Shown here: positions 1 through 64,000 of the stretch, in pieces
Layout of the letters: each line of letters opens with the position of its first letter
Numbering within the stretch: position 1 is the first letter of the stretch
NCBI GenBank assembly: GCA_012295275.1
Contig: CM022677.1
Location: 24,924,001 to 24,988,000 of the forward strand
Length of the DNA stretch: 64,000 bases
Direction: 5' to 3'
Source: Chrysomallon squamiferum
Taxonomy: Eukaryota; Animalia; Mollusca
Position numbers and translations under genes: made by a program
The notes under the pieces: generated by a model
Databases searched by the model: none
The model's input: only the letters and a program-made list of their open reading frames with translations
What the model was told of the DNA's origin: nothing

Positions 1-952
1 GATGATGATGATGATGATTATGATAGTGATAATAATAATGACGATTGTGATAATAATAACAGAATAATGATGATGATAGTGATAATATTGATAATGACAA
101 TGATGATGATGGTGATAAAGATAACAGTAGAATAATAATAATGATAACAATGATGATGATGATGATGAGACTAACAATACTCTACAAATACCAGTACTAA
201 ACAGAGTGAAAGACAAAACAACAAAACAGAATCTCTTTGTAAACATATCATACATTCACTCAATTGCCTCCCCTTAACAAAATTTAAGTTTCACTACAAA
301 ACATGTATTTTTGAACAATGCAAACCCTTCTCTTATTGTAATAAATGCTCAACAAACACATAATATCATTACACTAATGTTAATTGATCAACATCAGTAA
401 TTAAACAAATTTAAAAAGAAAACGTTAACCCTAACACTTTTAAATCAGCAAGGACATTATCTGGATTCGTAAAACTAAGTCGATCCACTGCAAAAAGATC
501 CAAATTGCTCATATTTTCAAAAAAAATTGATATTTCTACCATCACTGGATTCTTCCTGCATGTTTTATACATAATAAATGTATTCAGGATCAAGTATAAA
601 ACTCTTTTGTAAGCAAGATTAACCCTATGTTTCCTGGAACAAATGTAACAGAATAACTAACAGAATTATGCTGATGTTGTAAATTGTTATTTGAAGCCCA
701 GAAACATTTTGTTTTGGGTTCTGTGTTCATGTTTAATGACTGTGTCTCAGTTCTCATGTTTAGAATACAGGATTAGATTTGTCCTTATTCTGAATGTGTT
801 AAAATGCAGCCACAACTCACTTACAGTGCCTAGGCTTTGAATAAGAATTTTACATAATAATAATGATGATGATGATGATGATGATGATGATAAGAAGAAG
901 AAGAAGAAGAAGCAGAAAAACAAGAACAACAACAACGATGATGATGATGTTG

Positions 953-983
<31 letters not shown>

Positions 984-1265
984 AAATGATGATGATGATG
1001 ACAATGATGATAATAATAAGAAGAAGAAGAAGAAGAAGAAGAAAAAAACAACAACAAGAACAACAATGATGATGTTGATGATGATGTTGTTGATGATAAT
1101 AATAATAAGAGTAATGATAATATTAACAACAAAATTACATATGACCAATAATAAATAATTTAATAAATAAAAATAAATAATAACAATTAGAAAAACAACA
1201 AAAGCAATAATAATAACAATAATAATAATAATAGTAATAATAATAATAATAATAATAACAATAAC

Positions 1266-1350
<85 letters not shown>

Positions 1351-1415
1351 GACTTAGAAGAAGAAGAAGAAGAAGAAGAAGAAGAAGAGCAGTAAGAGTA
1401 TTTAAAAACAGTCAC

Positions 1416-27251
<25,836 letters not shown>

Positions 27252-27519
27252 GACGTTGCTGTTGGTGTCGCTACACAAACACACCCATTCTGATGTGATC
27301 ACTGCATGTCAAACGCTGTCACAGATGCTGTTGTGGGAATTACAAATGTATCCATCACGTCCAAAGTCAGTGCAAAAAAACCACAACAACACACATCCAC
27401 AGTGCGCGATGATGCTGTCACAGTCAATACAGTTGTAGTTGTCAGCGTTGTCACGTCATTGCTCGTCCACACAGAATTGATTTCTTGTAACAATTAATTA
27501 ACCACTGAAAGAACAACAA

Positions 27520-28325
27520 CATGTTTTCTTTATTGCTAATAGACTCGTGTGGCTTCATGCTAAGGCACACAGGATCAAATCTTAATAATTCACCTAAGAT
27601 ATATATATATAGAAATAAGTGTCTCTGTATATATATATATATATATATACATACATACATGCATGTATATATATTTTATTTATTTTTTGAATTGATGACG
27701 TATCATTCTTGTTAGTATCTTACTACTGATATACGTTAATTCATGCTCAAGTTTGTAGGATCAAACCTCAATAATTCATTGACAATAATTTTTTTTTTTT
27801 TTTTTTTTTTTTTTTGTTAATGACATATCTTTCTTGTTGGTATGTTACTGCTAATACACCTCATAATTCATTCTTAGGGCTGTAGGATCAAATCTTCTAG
27901 ATTCCCTGAAGATTATTATTAATATTATAATATTTTTTTTTTTTTTTTTTTTTTTATGATGATGATCAGGATTATTATTGTTGGTAGTAATTACTGCTAA
28001 AAGATTTGTGTTATTTCATGCTGAAGGCTATAGCATCTTCTTAATTAAATAAATATTTTTTTCTATAACATTTGTTTCAATGATGATTGTGATGTTGTTG
28101 ATATTAGTATTTTATTGCAAACAAATATGGTTTTATAGTCTGTAATATTAAATCTACTAAATCAAAAATTGTTGTTGTTTTTTTGTTGTGTTTGTTTTAA
28201 TTATTAGTTTATGACATGGTAAGCGTATCAATATTTTTAATTCATTAAGATTTATCTTTTTAATTACTACTAAAAGACATTGCTTAGTTTCTGCTCTGGG
28301 ACCTAGGATCAAATCTTAATTCACT
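27520..28325. repeat. Old degenerate tandem repeat (ttcatgct...taggatcaaatctt), about 5-6 copies
   Basis: Motif recurs near 27555, 27741, 27867, 28016 and 28305. Confidence 0.65.
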
Positions 28326-28400
28326 GAAAATGTTCATTATTATTTCATGAACGTTTTTATTACTATTACTGTTATTATTATTATTAATTATTATTATTAT

Positions 28401-28454
<54 letters not shown>

Positions 28455-29008
28455 CATAATAGTAGTAATCATAGACATATCAGGTTTATACAGTAAATTG
28501 CATTGAGGAACTTTTATATTTTTTTTTTTTTTTTTTATTATTTACATTTTATTTTTAGTTATTACTACAAACAGACACATGCACAACAAGCAGAATTTAC
28601 TAATTAATAATTTCTTAAATCCCTGGAGTCATTTTTTTTTTATATGTTTCTTTCATTTTAATCTGATTATTGTTATATTCAATGGCGGTTTTCAAAATTC
28701 AGTTTTATTCTTCTTTTTATAATTTTTTTTTTTTTTTTTTTTTTTTTTTTCTGATTTAATATCATGAAAATTAATTTAGACACATTATTTTATTTTTTTT
28801 TTCTTTATTTTATTTACTCAGATTCCTTTTATTATTTTAATTACTTAAGAACTGAAGAGTTTGTCCTTTTAAAAAATCCCTTATAACTGTAGATGTAATA
28901 CATCTAAAATTATAGAATAACTCTGAATGAGTTAAAAAAAAAGTAAAAGGTCTGCTATTGTTCAAAGAGAAATATTATATATGTACACACACACACAAAC
29001 ATGAACTC

Positions 29009-29065
<57 letters not shown>

Positions 29066-29476
29066 CAAAGAGAGAAAGAAAAAGATACAGACAGATAGAA
29101 AGAAATATGCACACACAGTGTATTGTTTGTGTGTTTGTGGATCTCCACATTTCTGAAAACATAAATGATGCTATTTTTATAGTGTTTGTTACATGTAACA
29201 AATCTTGGCAATATTCGACTGAAGGGACAAACAGTCTGCCTGTAACAGAACCACAGCTGTTACAGAATTTAATTAAAATATGAAATTCACCTGATAGAAC
29301 TGACATGCTATAGTTCTGTTATTAGTCTGGGTATGATAATTACCTTATAATTATAATTATTATTATTATTATTATTATTTTTTTTTTTTATTAATTTGTA
29401 CATTTGTAATATAATAAGGACTTGTTATTAACACCAGATATGTGGATGTTCTATGATATTTATAAATATTGTTAAC

Positions 29477-29478
<2 letters not shown>

Positions 29479-29533
<55 letters not shown>

Positions 29534-29631
29534 TGTGTGTGTGTACATGTGTGAAAAACAGAGACCATGTGTTTGTGTGTATATGTGTGTACATTCATGT
29601 GTATTGTACATCTATGTGCCTGTGTCAGTGT

Positions 29632-29676
<45 letters not shown>

Positions 29677-29722
29677 TCCAAGCCTTAATCATAAAATAAT
29701 GTAGACAGTATTACTGATCATA
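29479..29722 (-). repeat. Dispersed composite repeat, copy 2 (inverted relative to 5613-5937)
   Basis: Same unique blocks and same microsatellite order as copy 1, in reverse complement. Confidence 0.85.
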
Positions 29723-30849
29723 GCAATTCCAGGTTTCAAAGAGAACACTGATATTACTTAATTACACCTGTCATCTAAATCACCTTGTGAACAAGCACTG
29801 TTTCTGTCAGAAAACACTTAGACAGAAAAAAAAACAGATCAATAAAACACAGGAAAGTTTTGTCTTTTTTTTACTACTAAGCACAGTACCAAGTATTTGC
29901 AGTTTTCATTCATATATTAAAAGTAAATTCATCAATATCTCATTCAAAAAATATCTAACCAAAACAAATCTTATAGTTTTAATCTCTGATAAAAATAAGT
30001 ATCAGTCCTAGAAATCTGCTTTTTTTCACGAGAATCTGTGCAAATTCTCATGCAAGCAGTCCATGAGAATCTTCCAATTCTCAACAGTTTCACAGAACAA
30101 CAGCGTTAGTGACACAGAAGTCTATGTCAAATATGTTGAACTGTATATAATAGATTAGTGTATATAAAACCACCCTTACTATTTATTGGAAAGAATAACC
30201 AATTTGTCAGCAACAGTGTATCCAATTCAAAAAAAAAAAAAAAAAAAAAAAAAAGAGAGAAAGCTTTGTTTTCCTTCAGTTTAATATGATCAACACAAAA
30301 AAATAAAATAAACTATCTGTAATTTGACTTGTTTTTATTTTAATCATTTTTTTTCTATTGAATTTGCTCAATACTCAGGAAATAAAATTTGTGAATTAAA
30401 AAGAGCAGGAAGTTTAAGGTTAGGAACACAATATCAACGAACTACCATAGTAATGTCTGATAATTTGTTTAACAATAAAAATATATTTGTATTAAAAAAA
30501 GCTACGTTTGATAATAAGAACAATAATATGTGAGAATATGTCCTCCACATTAAATTTTCCACGCATGTGCATTTTAATTTTAATTTTGTTATTATAATAT
30601 ATATTTGTAATATATTCTTCTCTTTTATGAAAATAAAGTCATTGTCATTGTCATTGATATAATACAAAACCTGACATATCAAATTACTATATATTGTTAT
30701 AATGTAAAAACTTTTGGCATATCGCCTATAATACTGTAAAGTGTAATTCGGAAATTCCCGTATCGTTTCATCGTTTTCTATCCTTGACTGCTTACATAAT
30801 AATAACATATATATAACAATAGGTGCGGGCACATTGAGGTGACCCCAAA

Positions 30850-31711
30850 ATACAATCAGTCATCAAATTATCATTAACAACAGATATGAAACAGGACCCT
30901 TACTTGATTTGAAGAAATAAACAACAATTAAACAGCATGTGCGGATTTCCAACTATTTACCTTCCGTTTTCATTGCCAAGACCTTCCTTTTTATTTTCCT
31001 CCTTTTTCCAAACAGAGCATTACACCACATATTTTCACGTTGTCCAGCAAAAAAAATAAAATAAAATAAAATAAAATACTAACAAAATTCATAATTGTAC
31101 TTGTCTTTTGCTGCACAGTAAAAAAGAAATAAAAATTTGTTGTTGGCGTAATAATATAAAAAATAAAAACAACGTTAAACTTTGGCAGCTAATATGTACA
31201 TATTTCAAATTAGATATTATAATGGCCGTAGTAAACGGTCCGCTGAAATTTACATTGGAATGGTTCAAATTAAAAAGCAATTCAACAACTTGGACAAAGT
31301 CTCTGCGACTCGTATCCGAGGATTTTGATGACGTCAGATTAAAAGACTATTTCGTAAAAAGTACAAACAAAACATTTTTTTGTCAAGGATTCAATACGGG
31401 CGTTTAAAAGTTTGAAAAGTTATAACTATTTCTCGGAAGGATATATATAATTTGCTTACTGGGAACACATGCATGCATAAATATTTTAAATACCCCCCCC
31501 ATGTCAAAAATTCAGGTCATATTTTGTGCATTTCATGTATATTATGTATGTGTGTATATATCATCCCCCACCTACAAAAATGGGAGCCTGTATGTTTATG
31601 TACACACACACACAAACGCACATACAGTATAATTGAAAAATGTGAGCAACTTATTTCCTTAAAGGTTAAAACCAGTTACTTGTCTAATTGCAGGTACTGT
31701 TAGGTGAAATT

Positions 31712-31748
<37 letters not shown>

Positions 31749-32894
31749 CCCAAAACACGCAGACGTATACATACTTTATGCTTAAAAAAAAACTCTATAA
31801 ATAAACCATTTATTTTGGAGTAGCATATAATTGTTAACTGAAGATTGTACCTTCACTCAATCACACACACACAGGCAATAAACACCTCAACTAGTCGCGG
31901 TAGACTGAACATAATTGAAACTTGTTCTCTGTAATTATCCGACCCATGCCATTAATTCCATTTGATTTTTGTTATTCTTAGGTGTTGTGACAATTCCACG
32001 TCCCATACTTAGGGTGTGTGGATAGCCTCCACATGTTTATTGTTCACTGGCTTCCCACCTAAAAGATGTGCCGAACGAACCATCGTGTTTGCAGGAACAT
32101 TAACATGTTTTTTCATTTCTAACTGAAACGATTACCAGCAAACGTTTCCGATATGCATTGGCTGGATATCGATGGAAGGATAACGAATTTCCCTGACTTC
32201 TGCGATTGGAACAGTTAAAAAGTGAACAATGGTCATGGCCTCCCATTACAGCATGATTGCTTTTACCCACCAATTTGAAAGTTGGGCTATTTTGGCGAGA
32301 TCTCGCGATTTGCGTACCCGAAATACCCAGCAACGGGAACACGCGCATTGGAACGTGAACTATCTCTATCCTTTGTTTGTTTGTTTGTTTATTCTTCTTC
32401 TTCTTCTTCTTCTTCTTATTATTATTATTATTATTATCATTATTTGTTTTTAAATTATTACTCAGTCTGAGAGGAAATCAGTGTTAAATAAACAAAAAGA
32501 CATAAATTTGTTAGAATGCATACATCTATACATTTTGATTTTTATTAAAACAGATAACTGAAATTACTTGGCTGTGTAAAAAATAAAACAGCCTACAATT
32601 CTTTGTTGTTTAGAAATTGCTATTTTTTTTAAGTGCCCCACCTCCAATAATGTAAGATCTCTACTATTATGGGAGGAAAGCACAACTGAAGAACGAAAAA
32701 CGTTTGGAGGAAATGATGTTTTCAACATAACCTGTGACGTTTACCGCAAACTACACATATGCATGTTGCAATTGACAGCGTTTTAGCTTTCACTTTTTAT
32801 TTATTTGTCAAACAAATCGGATAGAATGTAAAATATTGAATTTTTTTTTTGAAATTTGTACAGAGAATATTGGTTTTAATTTAACAGCCGAAAA
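30850..32894. promoter_or_regulatory. Probable divergent promoter region between PRUNE and MAN2A
   Basis: Locally CpG-richer unique sequence between head-to-head genes, with palindromic CRE TGACGTCA at 31329-31336, CGAGATCTCG at 32296-32305 and gtgacgt near 32735. TSSs not determined. Confidence 0.5.
32001..32246 (-). pseudogene. Degenerate THAP zinc-finger coding relic (probable DNA-transposon remnant)
   Basis: MGGHDHCSLFNCSNRR...SFHRYPANAYRKR, then after frameshifts NVPANTMVRSAHLLGGKP and YPHTLSMG. These correspond to THAP C-x4-C, FHxFP, CSxHF and VPTL motifs, with stops and frameshifts. Confidence 0.75.
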
Positions 32895-59369
<26,475 letters not shown>

Positions 59370-62257
59370 CCAATCAGAAAGCTAGACACATCCGTTGTAG
59401 AGAGAGAGAGAGAGTACATTCCATATCATTTGCAAAACAAATTTTCATTCATCATCAGAGTTTTTTTTCCACCCAATAGAATTTGTTGTTATTCAAGTTG
59501 ACCAAATAAGTTTTTAAATTTGTTGTTAGGCAATATTTTGGTCTTTTTTCTTTCTTTTTTTTTTAATTTGGGGGATTATTTTTTGTAATAATTAAGCAAC
59601 AGATTGCAAAAAATCTGTTTTGGGGTTTTAATTTTATTTTGTTTTAAATTGTTGGTGTTTTGATTTATTTAGTTTTAGTTCTAATGTGGGGGTTTTTGTG
59701 GGTTTTTTCCTGTATTTATTTCATTATGTATTTATTTTACTTTTTTGGGGGTGTTTTTTAAAAACTTTTATGGTAATGTATAGATGATATATTAGTGTGT
59801 ATATATGAGTGAGTGTGTGAGTGTGTGTGTGTGTGTGTTATTTTATTATTTATCTAGTATCAGAAAGGTTCGTTAGTCATTTGTACGATTTTTATAAACC
59901 TTTCACACTTGGGCTCCTTTCAACCTCCAAAAACAAACCAAAAATGTTTTCGAAACATCAACAATTCAAACTCCTTGACACAAAACTGCTTTAATAACTG
60001 GTATTAAACTAGTGTGACTGTATTTTTTTATTTTTTTATCAGAGATTTTGTGCTGTAGCTGGGAAGGTGTATGTAGACAGTCCTTTCTTGCTAATATGGA
60101 AAAAAACAGCAGAAAGTTTCCTGATAATGTTGTTATGATGGCAACAAATGGTGTACGCAGATTCTATATGTTAGTGTTTTCTTTTTTCTTTATTTATTAT
60201 CGATTTATTCATGTTGGGGATTTTTGTTACATTTTTATTATTATTATTATTTGTATTATTATTTATTTACTTATTGATTAATATATTGCGAACAGAGGCA
60301 GAAGATTTTTCTATATTAGGTTTGCACTATAATCAGTGTAATAAAGGCATATCTGCATTTTTCACTTTGAATGTGAAGTTATACAAAAAGGGCATATTTA
60401 AAAAAATATATATATGATAATATTATGTTATTGTTATTATTTGTGAAAGATATTCAAAACCATCAAAAAAAAAAAAAAAAAAATAATTAATAATAATAAT
60501 AATAATAACTAGGAAATATAATGAAATTTGTTAGCCAGATTATTTGTTACCGATACAGATATATCCATCTGTATTGGTGTCTGTGTGTGTGCGTGTGTGT
60601 GTGTGTCAAACCATTTCACACAAAACCATCATATAATTAATAGATATTATAACTCTCTCATGAGTACATATTTTTTAGAAATATTTTGTGTACATCAAGC
60701 TCTGTGAAGAATATAAAACCAGTTTACCACATCATCGTTGTTCAGTCTGTGAAATGACCAGTGTCCTCCTGACCTCATCTTTGCTGACCAGTGTCCATCT
60801 TGTTTCACACCTTACCAGACCACTGTTTACTTTGTATGTTTTTTTGTTTTGTTTACCATATTTGACCAGTGTCCACTTTGTGTCTTACTTTACCAGGCCA
60901 AAAGTCCACTTTGTTGTTGTTTTTTTTTGTTTTTTTTTAACCACTTATTAACACATAAACTACTTTGTTCTGTAATAATTTTAAAAAAAAAAAAAAAAAA
61001 AGAAGAAGAATAGAATAGAGAAAGCCATTAAAACCATATTTATAAATTTGTTTTAAAATCTTCATGTTGAACTTGCAGTTAATTTCTTATGCTAGAATTG
61101 TCTTCTAATTTACAGTGGATGCTTTAAGAACAATGTCTGGAAGAGATATATATTTTTCTATTTACTGTTATTAATATTGTGTGTGTGTGTGTTAATTCTT
61201 ATTGTTTTGGGGCTTTTGAGTTGTTTAAGTATAAATCTTTCATGTTATTATTATTATTATTATTATTATGTTACGAATACTATATTTTTTTTTTATAAGA
61301 TTTTAATGGTTTTTGTGTTTCATTACTGGGAAGTTTGTAGTAATTCTATAATTAGTATTTTGTGTATATCTGTGTATAAATATTTTCTGAGCTTTTGTGT
61401 GATGTTTGTGAGATTTTTGTTTCATCATTATTATAAACTTCATCATCATCATCATCATCATTTTATCCTGGGTTTCACTGATCAAATAAATAAAATAAAT
61501 AAAAATAATAATTATTATAATTATTACTAAGTTATTGTTATGATTAGTAGTAGTAGTAATACTACTGTTACTATCATTACTACTTCTGTTGTTGTTATTA
61601 TTATTATTATTATTATTAATGCTGATAATAACATTTAGTGCAATATCTGTAAGAAGGATGATAACTGTTGATTAAGAAAGAAATGATTATGGGTGAATTT
61701 TGTTAATTCAATAGTGTTTAGATCATTATACTTGTGAAATGAAACCTGTGCGACCTTTAAATACTCTGTTTTAACACACACACACAAACTTAAAATACTC
61801 TGTTTTAACAAACACATACACAAACTTAAAATACACTTTTAACACACATACACAAACTTAAAATACTCTGTTTTAAAATACACATACAAACATGAACTTA
61901 AATGTACCGACTCTACCAATGTTTTTAATTATTGGTAAACTTTTAATAAAAATTATGTATTTTAAATCTTATTTTGTAATTTTATTAAAAACAATTCTTA
62001 TTTGTTTCTGTAAACCAGGAAACAAGTACATACATACATACATACATATATATATGTAGTGTTTGTGTGTGTGTGTAAGATAATATTTTTAAAATTACCA
62101 TATCAAATATTGAAAAATTGTTGTGAATTTAAATAATGTAAAAAAAAATTATATATATATAATTATTGTAAATAGCTATCATTAATTACAGAGCAGTTAT
62201 CAATTTTTATTTAACTATATAACTGCATTAATAATAATGTTTGAAGAAGTGTTATTA

Positions 62258-62303
<46 letters not shown>

Positions 62304-62520
62304 TGTGCATGTGTATCTGTTATGTTTGTCTGTGGAAGAAGAGAAATGAGAAACATTTATTTTTCCTGTGGGTAATTTTATTTATTTTTCTTTGATCCGA
62401 GCAATACAACTGATGCAATATAAAAGAAATTTAATTACATAAATCTTACTGTTTGATGATTGTGAATGCATTTACTGCAACAATGTGACTTTATTTATTA
62501 ATATTTCCTTTCTTTATTAT

Positions 62521-62559
<39 letters not shown>

Positions 62560-63839
62560 CAGATTCATATTTTTTTATTTCATAAACTTTTGTATACACT
62601 ATCCTTTTCCATTATTTATATATATATATAAATATATAAAATTATCTCTTTTACAGGTTTTTTTTTTTTTTTTTTTTTGTAATAATTCTGTAATATTTGG
62701 CAAACACAGGTATTAATTATATTTACAGTTTTAAAATCTTTTTCATTTTTACTGCTCAATGTTTTTGGATGTAATTATTGTTGGAAACATTTTAAGTCTG
62801 ATGAATTTGATATATATAAATACAAAACAACAGACGTCAAACAAATCAAAATAAAATATGATGTTATTTAAAATCAGTCTTTCTTGTTTGTTGCCATTTT
62901 ATGGCATAAACTGTTCCATGACAAATATATTTCTGCATGTTTTACTTAATAAAACCAGCTTTAACGGTTAATATAAATGGTGCTTATGAATGAAAAGTGT
63001 GCACATGCATACGTACACACACTCACACATTGTCTTACAAACATGCACTTTCTTATATTATACATAACATAGCCACAAACATAGATTCACATCACTTGCA
63101 TACCTATGTGTTGATATTTTAAACCAGTTGTGATTTTTTTATTTAAAGATGTTGTTTTTTTTATATTTTTAATACAAACTTGGGTTTGATCACTGTGCGG
63201 TTTTTATTTTTATTAATTAAAAAAAATAAAGAAAAATTGTTTGTTTGTTTTTAATTTAGTTAAAAATATTTATATTACTTGATTATCCTGGGTTTTTTTC
63301 TTTTTGGAAAAAATATGTATTTTCCATCCATCCAGTCTTATATCTTCCTACTTACCTACATGCTTCCCTACCTGTTCATCATCTATCAATCAATATATTT
63401 TCGTTCATTCAACCATCTCTATATCTGTTAATCTACCTGTCTATAACTTTCTTTCTATCATTCCATTACTATATTCATACATTTATCCAGCTCCTCATTC
63501 GTATATCCTTCAGTCCATCCACTTTGTATTCTCCACCATCACATCAGTTGGTTCAGGTATATGTCCGTTGTTTTGTCCATCTGTACATTATTGTTCTATC
63601 TTCATATCAGTTTTCAATTTCATTTATTATCACGTGTAAAGACTAGCAGAAAAAAAACGCAGCTTGCAAGTGAAGAACATATTCTGTTGAAGGATTTAAA
63701 GGATTTTAATAAGGATCAAATAAATATTACTTTAGAAGTGTACTATTTTTTTATATTTTTATTATTATTATTATTTTTTTATCTTTTAAATACAGTTTTA
63801 TATTTATTTTTCATTGTTTTATACTTCTTAAAAAAAGAT

Positions 63840-63930
63840 TTGGCCCGTGTCCTAAAGTCCGGAGTACTTCCGGTCCAAAGCGTGCCCTATAACTGGACCG
63901 GTACGTGAAAATTGTTCTCGACGGGAGTTT
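63840..63930. promoter_or_regulatory. GC/CpG-rich patch with ETS-like motif; possible promoter or 5' exon of next gene
   Basis: ccggagtacttccgg (contains ACTTCCGG) and several CpGs in an otherwise CpG-poor region. Confidence 0.35.
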
Positions 63931-64000
63931 TTATTTATTTATTTATTTGCAGAGGATAATTTAATAAGACAATGTAAAAATCAGAAAATGCTGACAGTCC

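Noticed and set aside
411-640. 60-aa minus ORF, and ttaaccct twice (piggyBac-like end)
   Set aside because: No resemblance to the expected next PRUNE exon and no compatible phase-0 acceptor. The two ttaaccct motifs are direct, not inverted.
59370-63000. MAN2A polyadenylation site
   Set aside because: AATAAA occurs many times in this AT-rich DNA; none can be singled out.
63901-64000. Possible 52-nt mini-intron and ATG of a next gene
   Set aside because: Too little sequence before the window edge to support a CDS call.

Overview
This is very AT-rich, microsatellite-saturated eukaryotic DNA, probably from an invertebrate animal (possibly a mollusc; the taxon cannot be fixed from sequence alone). 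Nearly all ORFs in the supplied track are translations of simple repeats. Two intron-rich genes lie head-to-head. (1) A PRUNE-family DHH exopolyphosphatase on the minus strand has its ATG at 27251 and 7 coding exons traced down to 1416; it continues off the left edge. (2) A Golgi alpha-mannosidase II (GH38, MAN2A1/2-like) on the plus strand runs from ATG 32895 to TAA 59369 in 22 exons with all catalytic motifs. Between them is a decayed THAP-domain relic. The main oddities are: a probable second, alternative first exon for MAN2A encoding a different type II signal anchor; tandem duplications spanning splice junctions at many exon edges, including a 48-bp acceptor array that could add in-frame 16-aa units just before the catalytic nucleophile; three apparent coding lesions (a PRUNE frameshift, a truncated PRUNE exon and a scrambled MAN2A exon), most likely assembly errors; a ~760-bp TIR element; inverted repeats; and enhancer-like islands in the 14.8-kb PRUNE intron.
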